Shown here: positions 37,322 through 47,888 of the stretch, piece after piece | Layout: each line of letters starts with the position of its first letter | Position numbering within the stretch: position 1 is the stretch's first letter | DNA from: an uncultured bacterium | Lineage (GTDB): Bacteria > Verrucomicrobiota > Kiritimatiellia > CAIKKV01 > CAIJXV01 | Assembly (NCBI GenBank): GCA_903824675.1 | Contig: CAIJXV010000009.1 | Location: 956 to 64,955 of the forward strand | Direction: 5' to 3' | DNA length: 64,000 nt | Program-made: the position numbers and the translations under genes | The notes under the pieces: model-generated | The model's input: only the letters and a program-made list of their open reading frames with translations | Told to the model about the DNA's origin: nothing | Databases searched by the model: none

Positions 37322-39781
37322 TCAGTGAAACAGCAAGCCTTCCAGATGGAGGGTGGTTAGCGCGCTGGAACCGAATACGGCCAGAACAATTAGGGCCAAC
37401 CACATCAGGCGTCGGGCCCATCGTCCACCGCCGAAAAAGCCTGCGATGAGCGCCCCCCACGCCAGAATGAAAGCTCCGGCGGCGATTTGAAACCGGAGGG
37501 CGCAGGGGAGAGCATAATGCCAGAAGAGCGGGATCCGATACCAGGGTAGCATGGCCTCCGGATTCTTTTCCATCCGCGCGGTTGCGAGTCGCAGGCTTCG
37601 CGCGATTTCGGGGTCGCTGCCGATATACCGTTCCGCCCGGAGAAAGGCCTCACGGGCCTCGGCGGGGTGTCCGGCCTGGAAGAGTGCGATGCCCCAGTTG
37701 ATGAAAACCGGGCCGTTCCGTATCCCGCGTTCTATCATTTGGTGATAGATATCGGCGGCCAAGGCGAAATCCAGAGGGGACTGGGCATTTTGCATCCGAC
37801 TATTGGCTTCCTGCCAGAGGAATTCGCCTTCCTCGGGTTGGGCTTGGGTGGCGACGGCTGTCAGCCCCACCGCGAAGAGGATCAGCAGGGTTTTGCCACG
37901 GATTGATGGGGGTTTGAGGGGACTTCGGTCGAACTCGCGCAGGAGGTCTTCAATTCCCCGGGGGCTTGGGTCCATGTCCGGGTTGGCTGAGGGTTGGGCA
38001 CCGAATTGGGCGTGCGAGTGATATTCAAGAGCCGAGCGGATCCGGGTGGCCAACGCGGGATCAATCGCCCGATCGGTGAGCCGCTGTTGGATTTCATCCG
38101 GGGTGAGAGGTCCGGCATCGATATTTAATCGGTCGGCGAGATACCCGCGGATGGCCTCGCACAGCAGTTGATGAACGTGCGGGCTCGATACGGATGGGCG
38201 CGCAGCCTCGCGCAGTCGGTGCCGGGCTCGAGGTAAGGCGCGCCGCCGTAACCAGACGCGGCGCAGATGCTGGCGCCGTTGCCAGCCGGCGCGAGCGAGC
38301 CAGAGGAGCAACGCTAAAATCGGCAGGCTTCCCGCTGCCCATAGAAGGGCGGGCGGGCCGATCAGTGAGGCCGGCTGTGCGCCCTGCGGTTCCATCCGTA
38401 ACGCCGCCAGGAGCGGGAGAGGGGCGACCTCGGAATCAAGGGAGGGGCGGTTGGTCGATTGTCCCACCACCTGGGCGGCGGTAAATTCCGCCGAGGGATT
38501 CACCCGGATCGGCAGGGGCTCCGTCTGGACCGTACGATAATCGCGAAGTTCGGCGTCGTAAAAGGAGACGTCAATCGGGGGGACTTCATAGGTGCCCGCC
38601 TTGATGGGGCGGAGGGTGTAAAGGAACTGACGCGATTGGTCGCCTTTCACCGTTTGAACCTGGTCCTGGTAAATCGTGAACCGGTCGAGCAAGTTGGTTT
38701 GGAGACTGAGCCGGAGCGGAATGACATTCCGCCATTGAACCGGGCCGTTCACCGTCAGGGTTAAGGTGAGCGGGTCGCCGACCAGGCAGGTTTGGGCGTC
38801 GAGTTCCGCCGTGGCGGTGAGATTACTGCCGAGGACTCCGATGTAGCTGTCCGGACGTCCGGTTTCAGGTGGGGGAATGACCCGGACCGTGGCGGCCGGG
38901 CCGACGGCAAAAACAGGGCGCAGGGAGATTTGGCGGGCCCCCTGGGGCGCGACGGCGATGCGTCCCTTGAAAAGAACCGGGCCAAAGGTGTAGGTGCCTT
39001 CCTTGGCGGCGCGGTACGGCAGATCGAAAGAATATTCAAAGAATTTGCGATCCGGGTCGACGACCACGCGCCGGGGAAAAAGAAACCGGGCCGGATGTTC
39101 CTCGAAAGGGTTATTACGGATGGCATAATCGTTGATCCGCAACCCGCCTTGCTGCGAATTTTGAACCAGCAGGCCATTTAGAATTGGATCGAGATTAGGG
39201 GTTTCGAGTCCATCGACCGCTTCGCTCAGGTAGGGAATTTGGAGCAGGGGTGGATCATCAGGGGGGAAAGGATCGGCATCGGCCCAATTATCCGGGAGGG
39301 CCCGGACGCGGAGACGGAGCGAGATTTGGAAGGGTTCGTTAGCCAGGGCGGTGGTGGGGAGGGCGACGATGGAGAGGCGAACCAGTTCCTGGGTTTCGAT
39401 ACCCATAACGGAGATGACCGGGCCGGGTTCCGAGAGGCTACCGAGGCGAACGGGACCGGCGGTGAACGGTCCGGCGCCGAGCGGTTGGATTTCATAGGCG
39501 TGGATCCGTCCGCTAAACCCCTCCCGGCGCATCCGGCCGTTGACGATGACAATGCTGAAGTTGCTGATATCCTGACTGCCGAGTTTGCGGACAACCGCAT
39601 TGGAGAGGGCGGAGAGATCGGGTTCCTCGCCGTTGGATTGGGCGGCCTTGACCTGAAGCACAAAACTCTCGCCCAAATAAACTTCAGAACGGGAGGCGGA
39701 GAGTTCCAGTTGGGGATCGGCGTTGGCGGTCACGGCGTTTAGCGCGGCAAGGGCGAAGGCGAGGGTGAATACTACCTCCAT
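37322..39781 (-). CDS. batD: BatD-like protein fused to a C-terminal BatE-like TPR/membrane module
   Basis: Repeated beta-sandwich BatD domains, a TM helix, then TPR (GPVFINWGIALFQAG). Start uncertain (39781 or 39850); the longer ORF runs through a repeat. Confidence 0.75.
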   Translation of the reverse strand: MEVVFTLAFALAALNAVTANADPQLELSASRSEVYLGESFVLQVKAAQSNGEEPDLSALSNAVVRKLGSQDISNFSIVIVNGRMRREGFSGRIHAYEIQPLGAGPFTAGPVRLGSLSEPGPVISVMGIETQELVRLSIVALPTTALANEPFQISLRLRVRALPDNWADADPFPPDDPPLLQIPYLSEAVDGLETPNLDPILNGLLVQNSQQGGLRINDYAIRNNPFEEHPARFLFPRRVVVDPDRKFFEYSFDLPYRAAKEGTYTFGPVLFKGRIAVAPQGARQISLRPVFAVGPAATVRVIPPPETGRPDSYIGVLGSNLTATAELDAQTCLVGDPLTLTLTVNGPVQWRNVIPLRLSLQTNLLDRFTIYQDQVQTVKGDQSRQFLYTLRPIKAGTYEVPPIDVSFYDAELRDYRTVQTEPLPIRVNPSAEFTAAQVVGQSTNRPSLDSEVAPLPLLAALRMEPQGAQPASLIGPPALLWAAGSLPILALLLWLARAGWQRRQHLRRVWLRRRALPRARHRLREAARPSVSSPHVHQLLCEAIRGYLADRLNIDAGPLTPDEIQQRLTDRAIDPALATRIRSALEYHSHAQFGAQPSANPDMDPSPRGIEDLLREFDRSPLKPPSIRGKTLLILFAVGLTAVATQAQPEEGEFLWQEANSRMQNAQSPLDFALAADIYHQMIERGIRNGPVFINWGIALFQAGHPAEAREAFLRAERYIGSDPEIARSLRLATARMEKNPEAMLPWYRIPLFWHYALPCALRFQIAAGAFILAWGALIAGFFGGGRWARRLMWLALIVLAVFGSSALTTLHLEGLLFH

Positions 39782-39877
39782 CAGCCGAAACCGCGAAACC
39801 AACAGACGGCTCCCCCGGAGGCGCCGCCCGGCCGATTGGATTGTTCGCATGCCAGGCTGCGGACTTATCGGTAGGTC

Positions 39878-39950
39878 GTCATCCCGAGCGCAGTCGAGGG
39901 ATCTCCGCCTCCCCTGCGCAAACGAGATCCCTCGACTGCGCTCGGGATGA
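39878..39950. repeat. Perfect inverted repeat (GTCATCCCGAGCG family) between the batB- and batD-like genes
   Basis: GTCATCCCGAGCGCAGTCGAGGGATCTC-N17-GAGATCCCTCGACTGCGCTCGGGATGAC. Confidence 0.9.
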
Positions 39951-39999
39951 CAGCCCGTGTGAACACCCCGTGATAAACAACAATGAAGGATCATGGCTT

Positions 40000-42708
40000 C
40001 TACCAATCCCGGGTCATGGGGGGCATGGGGATGTCGGAGTTTTTATGCCGTTGGGCGTCCTGATAATCCTTTTCCCGTTGTCGGGCGAGGTCGAGCAGTT
40101 GCTGGATATCTTTTGGAGTTTGCGGCTTTTGTGGTTCTTCGTCCGGTTTGGGTTGGGGGGGTTGGGACGATTCAGGCGGTTGCTGATCGGGCGAATCCTT
40201 GGGCTGATCTGGTTTCTGGGATTGCGGCTGATCCTGGGGTTGTTGAGATGATTGCGGTTTGGATGGGCGGGGCAACAACTTCTCGATTTCCTTGAGTAAT
40301 TCGGCGGCATGCCGGGTTCGGTTTCGCGCCTTTTCGGTTTCGCCGGCGCGGAGGGTCTGGACGGCATTGCTTTGAACGTCGATAGCCAACCGGGCGAGCT
40401 CGACGATTTTTTGGCGGTCTTCCGCCGTGAGGAGCGGCGGGGCATTGGTGTCGGCGGGGGTAGACGAGGGCGATGGGGCACCGGGGGGAGTCGAAGACGA
40501 AGTCTGCGGAGCGGGGAGGCCTTCCTTGGGAACGGTCGCTTGGAATCGGTCGAGGAAGAGTTGGGTGAGCGTTTGAGCCTCGGCTTGATTCTGCACACCG
40601 TCCGTGAGTTCGGAGGCGGGAAGTTGAGCGAGTGCCCGGGCGGTTACCCTGACGGCATTGCTCTGTCGCCCGATATCTTCCCCGAGGAGTTGGGGATAGT
40701 CAGCAATGCCTTTCCAAAGGGTATAGAGGGCGGTTTCGGCGCCTTTCCCTGAAGCCCCTGCGTGGGGGTCCAAATCGCGTAATTCCCGGGTGGTCTGAGT
40801 CAAGCGATCACGGGTGACTTCGATAAAATGGGCAATTTCTTCGGGCCGTACGGGGCGGTTGGTCGCGTCGGCGGGTTGTTTGGAGAGCGCCTCGATCAAT
40901 TGGGATTTGAGGGGGATCAATAAATCGGCATTGGCTTTCTGATCCCGGGCGAGACGTTCGAGAACACGGATCCGATCGGGGATGGAGTTGGTGTCGGCCA
41001 GGGGAATGGCGGCATTGATTTGACGCTGGCCGTTCAGGAGGCGGTCGGCCAGGGCGGAGGGGGAGGTCTGTCCTTCGTTTTTCAAGACCCGCGCGATGTG
41101 GGCTTGTTCGCTGGCCTCGGGGAGTAGCGCCTGAACGGCGGCGAGGCTGTTGCGAGCCGGTTGAGAATCGCGTTGGGTGCGGAGGGCGCGTTGAAAGGCC
41201 TCGGCCGAATCGGTGAGATATTCAGCGCGCAATTCCTCGGGCAGGCGGGTGGAATCCGGGGTGTTGGTGGGAGTATGCAGGGAGGCTTGGTGGAGGGCGA
41301 CGCCGCGATTAAAGGCGGCATCGGCGAGCGGGGCCTGATCCCGGGAGTAGAGCGTGCGGAAAAGCTCACCGGCTTCTTCGTGACGCCCGGCTTGGTAAAG
41401 GGCGCAGGCGGCATTGTACCGCATGGCGGACTGAAGCGAAGGCGGTCCGCCCCGGGCGGCTTCGAGATAGGTGGCGGCGGCCAGGTCATATTGGTGGAGC
41501 GTATACAGTGTTTGGGCCTTGCGGGCGCCGGCGCGGCCCAGAGGGATGTTGTTGCTGACGGCGGTCGGCGCAACCGGTCCCGGGATGGGCGTCGGGGTCG
41601 CTCGTGGCGGGACGTTGGTGGATGCCGCGAAGAGGGTTGGAGCGGCCAGGAAGAGGAGGACCAGGGAAAGGATTTGCCGGGTGGGGATCGGCGGCAGACG
41701 GGGCGGAGGGCGCCGCAGCCGGTGTCCGCAACTCAGCAGCCCGACGGCGAAGAAACAGAGCCAGGCTGGCATGAGGAAAAACTGGTAGCGCTCAATATGG
41801 GCGCGTTGCAGGGATTCCTCGCGTTCCTGGGCCGAGAGCCGGCTCAGGTGGTCGCGATAGAGGATGCCGAGATCGGCATGGGCGAGGGCGATGGGAACAT
41901 AGGCACCTCCGGTGGCTTCGGCGATCCGGCGCAGGGTTTCATGGTTCAGCTTGGAGACGACCGCTTGCCCTTCGAACTTCAAGGACTCGCGCCGATCCTC
42001 GGATTGGGGAACAGGAGCACCGGCCGGATCACCGAGCCCGACCGTGAAAATAGCGACGCCTTGCTTTCGCGCTTCTTCGATGGCGGCCTCTACGCCGCCG
42101 GCGAGATCTTCACCATCGGAAATAAGAACCATGGCCTTGTGCGACCCGGGATCCGCACCGAAGGCTTCCAGGGTTTTCCGAAGGGCATCGCCGATATTGG
42201 TTTCGCCGGCCGGTGCGGAATCGATGCCGACGCCATCGAGGATCTGGGTGAAGAAGCCGTAATCGGTGGTGAGCGGACAGAGCAGGGCGGCCTTGCCCCG
42301 GAAGGCCAGCAGGCCGATGCGATCCCCGCGCAACGTCCGGACGAGATCGAGCAAATCGACCTTGGCCCGGCCGAGACGACTGGGAAAAACATCGCGCGCG
42401 AGCATGGAGCGGGAGACATCGAGGGCGATGATGAGGTCGCGGCCGCGGGTGGTGACGAGTTCTTCCCGGACGCCCCACTGGGGCCGTGCGAGGGCGAACA
42501 GGGCGAGGATGAGACCGGTGAGGGCGAGAATGGACTGCCAGATCCAGCGGTACCGGGCGGCGGGAGTCGTGGGCTGGGGATGGAGGGTGGGATTGGCGAA
42601 GCGGCGCAAGCCTTCCTGCCGCCGCCGGCGGAGGATATGGCCGAGGAATCCCAGCAGGGGCACTCCCCATAACAGGTAGAGGATCCAGGTATTAGCCAGT
42701 TGCATCAT
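40000..42708 (-). CDS. batB: BatB-like vWA protein fused to TPR and a Q/P-rich BatC-like tail
   Basis: LARPQWG, DVSRSM MIDAS, SDGED; TPRs; C-terminal ...RDW. Confidence 0.8.
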   Translation of the reverse strand: MMQLANTWILYLLWGVPLLGFLGHILRRRRQEGLRRFANPTLHPQPTTPAARYRWIWQSILALTGLILALFALARPQWGVREELVTTRGRDLIIALDVSRSMLARDVFPSRLGRAKVDLLDLVRTLRGDRIGLLAFRGKAALLCPLTTDYGFFTQILDGVGIDSAPAGETNIGDALRKTLEAFGADPGSHKAMVLISDGEDLAGGVEAAIEEARKQGVAIFTVGLGDPAGAPVPQSEDRRESLKFEGQAVVSKLNHETLRRIAEATGGAYVPIALAHADLGILYRDHLSRLSAQEREESLQRAHIERYQFFLMPAWLCFFAVGLLSCGHRLRRPPPRLPPIPTRQILSLVLLFLAAPTLFAASTNVPPRATPTPIPGPVAPTAVSNNIPLGRAGARKAQTLYTLHQYDLAAATYLEAARGGPPSLQSAMRYNAACALYQAGRHEEAGELFRTLYSRDQAPLADAAFNRGVALHQASLHTPTNTPDSTRLPEELRAEYLTDSAEAFQRALRTQRDSQPARNSLAAVQALLPEASEQAHIARVLKNEGQTSPSALADRLLNGQRQINAAIPLADTNSIPDRIRVLERLARDQKANADLLIPLKSQLIEALSKQPADATNRPVRPEEIAHFIEVTRDRLTQTTRELRDLDPHAGASGKGAETALYTLWKGIADYPQLLGEDIGRQSNAVRVTARALAQLPASELTDGVQNQAEAQTLTQLFLDRFQATVPKEGLPAPQTSSSTPPGAPSPSSTPADTNAPPLLTAEDRQKIVELARLAIDVQSNAVQTLRAGETEKARNRTRHAAELLKEIEKLLPRPSKPQSSQQPQDQPQSQKPDQPKDSPDQQPPESSQPPQPKPDEEPQKPQTPKDIQQLLDLARQREKDYQDAQRHKNSDIPMPPMTRDW

Positions 42709-43745
42709 CAGATCACCTCTCCGCGCAAGGCGACCTGGAGTCCACACGCGGCGGCCAGCAAGAGCAGGCCGGCGGCGAGGAAGGGTGCCATGCATTCGCG
42801 GTAATGGTTAAAGACGGTGCTGTCGATGGTCGTTTTTTCCAGTTTATCGATTCCCGTAAGCGCCCGGTCGAGGCCTTGGGGATCCTGCACGTTGAAATAC
42901 GTTCCGCCGGTGTCCTGGGCGATGCGGCGGAGGAGATCCTCATCAATGCGGACCTGGCCGTATTGAATGGCATTGCGGCCGAAGGCGTCGCGGACTTTGA
43001 AAGGGGCCTGACCGGTGGTGCCGATGCCGATGGTGTAGACCTTGATGCCGAGGGTTTTGGCGATTTCAATGGCTTGCGGCGGTTTGATGAGGCCGGTATT
43101 GGATTCGCCATCGCTGAGCAGTACGACGATACGGGATTTAACCTGGGGCGTTTTTTCGAGGCGGGCGCAGGCGGTGGCGAGACCATCCCCGATGGCGGTG
43201 AGCATTTCCTCCTCGTTCAGGATGCGGCCGGCGCTGTCGAAGACCCCTTGGGGCACCTCGACGCCGTTCAGGACATGAAGTAGCGCGGGATGATCCAGGG
43301 TGAGGGGGGCGCGGGTGGAGGCGTAGCCGGCGAAGGTGATCAACCCGATGAGATCGCCCGTGCGCCGGCCAATGAAACGGGCAAACGTTTCCTTGACCAC
43401 GGTCAGCCGGCTTTTCATTTCGTCGCGAGTGGAAAAGTCCAGGGCCTCCATGGAGCCGGAGCAATCGACGACCATCTGGATGGCGATAGCCTCGGTGTTT
43501 TTCAGAGTTCGCTGGAGGAATGATTGGGGGCGCGCGAGGGCGATGATGATCGCCCCCAAACCGAGGAGGAAGAGCAGGGGTGACAAGGGGAGAAAGAGCG
43601 TGCGCCAGGTGGTTCGATTTTGCGGAAGGCGGGCACCGGCTGAAAAGAGAAGGGGGGCCGAAGGGCGGGACCGCCAAAGCCATGCGGCCAGGGCGGCGAG
43701 CGGGATCAGCAACAGCAGGTAAAGCGGGTCAGCGAACCGGAACAT
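42708..43745 (-). CDS. batA: BatA-like vWA protein
   Basis: MFRFADP, ALARPQ, DCSGSM, TAIGDG, SDGESN. Confidence 0.88.
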   Translation of the reverse strand: MFRFADPLYLLLLIPLAALAAWLWRSRPSAPLLFSAGARLPQNRTTWRTLFLPLSPLLFLLGLGAIIIALARPQSFLQRTLKNTEAIAIQMVVDCSGSMEALDFSTRDEMKSRLTVVKETFARFIGRRTGDLIGLITFAGYASTRAPLTLDHPALLHVLNGVEVPQGVFDSAGRILNEEEMLTAIGDGLATACARLEKTPQVKSRIVVLLSDGESNTGLIKPPQAIEIAKTLGIKVYTIGIGTTGQAPFKVRDAFGRNAIQYGQVRIDEDLLRRIAQDTGGTYFNVQDPQGLDRALTGIDKLEKTTIDSTVFNHYRECMAPFLAAGLLLLAAACGLQVALRGEVI

Positions 43746-44781
43746 GGTTACCTCCCGGGTCGGCAGCGGATGTGGAATCGTGCTCGATATAATCGCGGGC
43801 GGTCTGGGTGGATTCGGCGATGCCCTGGGCGTCGGGGTGTTGGGCGGCATACTTGACCAGATCGGCGGCCTGCAGGAAGGCGCGCAGGCGGCGGACGGTT
43901 TCGCGGTTGAAGCGAGGATCGCGGCTGACGGCTTCGAGAAATTCCTCGGTGGTTTGCTCGGGAGCGCGGATGGCATGGGCGCGTTCGATGTAACTGCGGA
44001 CGATCATCGTCAATTCGAAATAGAAATCCTTGATCCGATTGCCTTCAATCCACCCGCGTTGGAGGAGATCGTTAAGTTCGAAAAGAGCCCGGTCCCGGGG
44101 TGATAATTTCCGGAGGGCGATTTCGCGCCGGACGCGGCGGAACAATTTCCAAAGGGCGAAGGCGGCGACCCCGAGCAGAGCCAGAAGAAGCAGGCTGAAG
44201 GCGATGGTCTGAAGGGACGGGCGAATCCAAATCGGGCCGCGCAGCGTGCCGACGCGGGCATCGCTGGGGTGATCGGTCAGCGGGGCGGTGTCGTACATCA
44301 CCGGGCGGGTGGTAACCCAGTCAGAAGGCCGGGTCGCCCCCCTGGCCCCCCGGATGAGACCGACTGCGAAGGGCGCGAGCCGGTGTTCAACGCCGGGAAG
44401 GGGGCGAAGCCGCAGGCATCGTTCGAGAATCGTCTGCCCGTCACGGGTTTGGGGTTCGCGATCGAAACGGCCTTCAACGGCAAACCCTTCGAGTCGGTCG
44501 TCGAAGGTGCCGATTTCGGGCAATACCATCCGGAGCGAGGAGGGCCCGGAGAAACGGAGCGTCAGGAGTAAATCCCGGTCGAGTTGCGGTTGGGCGGAAT
44601 CGGCGATGGCCTGGATGCGAACCGGCTGAATGGCGATTTCGTCGGTTCTCGGTTGGACGGCGACCGGCGCGGTAGTGGATCGGTTACAGGCGGTGGCCAG
44701 GGTGGTGAGCAGCAGAACCATTCCGGCCTGACGGAGAAAATGCCCAGGACGGTTATTTCGGTGGATCATCGTTTTATCCAT
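43729..44781 (-). CDS. Bat-operon membrane protein (DUF4381-like)
   Basis: TM helix, then FYFELTMIVRSYIE..EQTTEEFL..ADLVKYA; sits between DUF58 and batA. Confidence 0.7.
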   Translation of the reverse strand: MDKTMIHRNNRPGHFLRQAGMVLLLTTLATACNRSTTAPVAVQPRTDEIAIQPVRIQAIADSAQPQLDRDLLLTLRFSGPSSLRMVLPEIGTFDDRLEGFAVEGRFDREPQTRDGQTILERCLRLRPLPGVEHRLAPFAVGLIRGARGATRPSDWVTTRPVMYDTAPLTDHPSDARVGTLRGPIWIRPSLQTIAFSLLLLALLGVAAFALWKLFRRVRREIALRKLSPRDRALFELNDLLQRGWIEGNRIKDFYFELTMIVRSYIERAHAIRAPEQTTEEFLEAVSRDPRFNRETVRRLRAFLQAADLVKYAAQHPDAQGIAESTQTARDYIEHDSTSAADPGGNHVPVR

Positions 44782-45664
44782 GGCGGCTCCGAGCCTGGCG
44801 TTGTTGGAAAAGGCGCCGGACATCGTCGAACACGGGACGATCAGTCTGGAGGGTGAGCGCGTCGATTTTTAGACGGCGGAAGAGGGTCTGGAGATGGGCG
44901 CGGTCGGCCTGTGCATTTTGGGCGAAGGCCGATCGCAAGGCGGTGGAATGGGTATCGATCAGAAAAATCTCGCCCGATTCCGGATCCTGGACTTCAATCA
45001 GTCCGGCGGCGGGAAGCGCGTCCTCCCGGGGATCACCGATGGCACAACAGATCAGGTCGTGATGGCGGGCGGCGACGCGGAGTTCCTTTTCGAACGGGGC
45101 GGCCATGAAGTCGGAGAGGACGAAGACGACGGCACGGCGTTTCTGGACGCGGTTCAGGAAGCGGAGGGCACCGGCGAGGTCGGTGCCGCGGCGGGTGGTT
45201 TCGGCGGCGAGGATTTCGCGGACGAGCCGCATGGCCGAGGTCCGACCCTTGCGGGGAGGGAACGATTTTTCAATCCGGTCGCTGAAGAGGATCATGCCGA
45301 TCTTATCCTGGTTCTTGACGGCCGAAAGCGCGAGCAGGCAGGCGAGTTCCGCGGCGGTTTCGGCCTTGGTTCGGGCGGCTGAGCCGAAGGCTTGGGAACC
45401 GGAGATATCGATCAGGAACACGACGGTGAGTTCCCGCTCCTCGCAGTAGCGTTTGATGTAGGGATGACCCATGCGGGCGGTGACATTCCAGTCAATGGCG
45501 CGAACATCGTCGCCCGGGGCATATTCCCGGACTTCATCGAACTCGATCCCGCGCCCTTTGAAGACCGAATGATATTCGCCGGACAGGTGTTCATCGACGA
45601 TCCGGTTGGTGATAACCCGGATCCGTCCGACCTGCCGCATGAGTTCCTTGACATCGATGGCCAT
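44774..45664 (-). CDS. DUF58 (vWA-like) protein
   Basis: GIEFDEVREYAPGDDVRAIDWNVTAR. Confidence 0.92.
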   Translation of the reverse strand: MAIDVKELMRQVGRIRVITNRIVDEHLSGEYHSVFKGRGIEFDEVREYAPGDDVRAIDWNVTARMGHPYIKRYCEERELTVVFLIDISGSQAFGSAARTKAETAAELACLLALSAVKNQDKIGMILFSDRIEKSFPPRKGRTSAMRLVREILAAETTRRGTDLAGALRFLNRVQKRRAVVFVLSDFMAAPFEKELRVAARHHDLICCAIGDPREDALPAAGLIEVQDPESGEIFLIDTHSTALRSAFAQNAQADRAHLQTLFRRLKIDALTLQTDRPVFDDVRRLFQQRQARSRHG

Positions 45665-45682
45665 AGGAGTCCCGCGAAGTTT

Positions 45683-46666
45683 TTAGGGCACAGGGATTTC
45701 GTTGAGCAGGGTGGTGACGACGGCATCGCTATCGATGCCTTCGGCTTCCGCTTCGTAGGTGAGGATGATGCGATGGCGCAGGACATCGTGGGCGACATCC
45801 TTGATATCCTGCGGAGTGGCATACGCGCGCCCGTGAAGGAGGGCATTGGCGCGCGAGGCCAGGTTGAGATAGAGCGTGGCCCGGGGAGACGCGCCATAGT
45901 GGATGAGGTGCCCGATCTTCAAGCCGAAATCCTGGGGTTTGCGGGTGGCGGTGACCAGGTCGAGGATATACTCGCCGACTTTTTCATCGCAGTAGACCTG
46001 GTCGAGCAACCCCCGCATATTCAGGATCTGCTCGGCGGAAACCACCGGGTGAAGTTCGAATGTCTGACGCCGCGTAAAGCGGTTCATGATGCGACGCTCA
46101 TCGTCGCGCGAAGGATAATCGACCTTATGCTTGATCATGAAGCGGTCCACCTGGGCTTCGGGCAGGGGATAGGTGCCTTCCTGCTCGATCGGGTTCTGGG
46201 TGGCCATGACCATGAACGGTTCCGGCAGGGGATAGGTTCGGTCCCCGATGGTAACCTGATGTTCCTGCATGGCCTCGAGGAGGGCAGATTGCACCTTGGC
46301 CGGGGCCCGGTTGATTTCGTCGGCGAGCAGGAGGTTCGTGAAGACCGGTCCGAGACGGGGGGCAAATGAGCCTTCCTTGGGGTTGTAGATCATCGTTCCG
46401 ATCACATCCGCCGGAAGGAGATCGGGGGTGAAGGTGATCCGGTGAAATTTCAAACCGAGCGTTTGGGCGAGGGTTTTAACGGCCGTGGTTTTAGCCAGGC
46501 CGGGAACCCCCTCGAGCAGGATATGACCCCCGGTGATGAGGGCGATGAGCATTCGGTCCAGCAGTCGTTCCTGGCCGACCATGACCTTATGGATTTCCTG
46601 CCGCAAGGTGTCGATCAGGGCGGCTTGCTCGTTGATCTGTTGGGGGGATGGGGGGGTCGTATTCAT
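45683..46666 (-). CDS. moxR: MoxR-family AAA+ ATPase
   Basis: EGVPGLAKT, LADEINRAPAKVQSALLEAM, ATQNPIEQEGTYPLPEAQ. Confidence 0.95.
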   Translation of the reverse strand: MNTTPPSPQQINEQAALIDTLRQEIHKVMVGQERLLDRMLIALITGGHILLEGVPGLAKTTAVKTLAQTLGLKFHRITFTPDLLPADVIGTMIYNPKEGSFAPRLGPVFTNLLLADEINRAPAKVQSALLEAMQEHQVTIGDRTYPLPEPFMVMATQNPIEQEGTYPLPEAQVDRFMIKHKVDYPSRDDERRIMNRFTRRQTFELHPVVSAEQILNMRGLLDQVYCDEKVGEYILDLVTATRKPQDFGLKIGHLIHYGASPRATLYLNLASRANALLHGRAYATPQDIKDVAHDVLRHRIILTYEAEAEGIDSDAVVTTLLNEIPVP

Positions 46667-47862
46667 GGGGCATCTCCTTGAAGTTCAGCGGGGTTGGGGG
46701 CGGCGTCCGACGCAGAGGGCGGGGGCAGGGGCTTTTGAATCAAATCATCCGGGGTGGGGAGCAGCAGGCTGGCGGAGAAATCGTCCAGGGTGTAGGTCCA
46801 GGTTCCCAGGCGCTGGTTGAATTCCTGGACTTCCTCGGTTTTCCGGGTTCGATCCGCCTCGGTATCGCCGGCGGGAGGGAGGGGCGATGCGGGCGCATTC
46901 GTGGCGGCTACGGCCGGGGCTTTGGGAGCCGGGGGATTATAGGCCATCTCGACGCGGATATAGCGGGTGGCGGAAACGGCTTCCGATTGGCCGAAGAGTA
47001 CGGAATACCGGCGGCCATCCGCGGTTTCAGCATCGATCCGGGCGGGTTGATTGAGCCCTGTTTTTTCGGCGGTCAGGGCGGGATCGGCGATCGCGGTGAA
47101 GCGCAGGAAGGAGAGGGCGCTGGTGATCCGGTTGACTTTTTCAGGATCGAGGGTTTTACCCTCCGGCAGACCTTCGGCTAAAGTCCATTCGGCCGTCGGG
47201 GTGGTGCGCGAGAGGACCAGGGGCGGACGGTTTGACACCGAGACGGAGAGGCGGATCAGGTCGGCGGCGGCGGGAGCCAGGAATTGAGGATCCATCCATT
47301 CTTTTGAAGAAGCGGGCAAATCGGTCAGCGGATTATCCACCAGGACGAGAGCGCCGTCTTCCAGGGCGACATAGCGCGCACCGACGGATTCGGTAAACAT
47401 GGCCGCCTCATCCGAAGCATTGGGGCTTCGCGGGCGTTTGCCGACGATCAGGCGGGCGATGGTCCGGTCGCCGGGGCCGGAGAGGAGGATCTGCGTTCCG
47501 ATGCCGGTCGGTGCTCCGGGCGCATTTAGCAGGAGTTCCCCTTTTTGGGCGTCATCCAGACGCAGGACATCGCCGATTTTGAGTTCGGCCAGCGTGCGGA
47601 TGAACTCGCGGATTTTGTCAAAGTCAGCCCAATAGTTGTGGAGCTCGGGAAGGATCCATCCCGATTCAGCGCGCACAACCGTGGTCGTGGCGTCGGAGCC
47701 GATGACCGTAATCCGGGTGACCGCATTGAAATCGCAGTCGGCGAAGGGTTTTTGGCCGATACGCGAAGGAACGCCGGTGTCGGTTTTTCGCGCGGAGAAG
47801 TAGGCCCCGGCCGCGACTAAAAGGGCCAGGACGACGAGGATCAACAGGGATTTGGTTTTCAT
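46663..47862 (-). CDS. DUF4340-domain membrane-anchored protein
   Basis: N-terminal TM anchor; two repeated units; usual position after a GldG-like gene. Confidence 0.75.
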   Translation of the reverse strand: MKTKSLLILVVLALLVAAGAYFSARKTDTGVPSRIGQKPFADCDFNAVTRITVIGSDATTTVVRAESGWILPELHNYWADFDKIREFIRTLAELKIGDVLRLDDAQKGELLLNAPGAPTGIGTQILLSGPGDRTIARLIVGKRPRSPNASDEAAMFTESVGARYVALEDGALVLVDNPLTDLPASSKEWMDPQFLAPAAADLIRLSVSVSNRPPLVLSRTTPTAEWTLAEGLPEGKTLDPEKVNRITSALSFLRFTAIADPALTAEKTGLNQPARIDAETADGRRYSVLFGQSEAVSATRYIRVEMAYNPPAPKAPAVAATNAPASPLPPAGDTEADRTRKTEEVQEFNQRLGTWTYTLDDFSASLLLPTPDDLIQKPLPPPSASDAAPNPAELQGDAP

Positions 47863-47888
47863 AAATGAGGATTCCTTTGACTAAGGGT

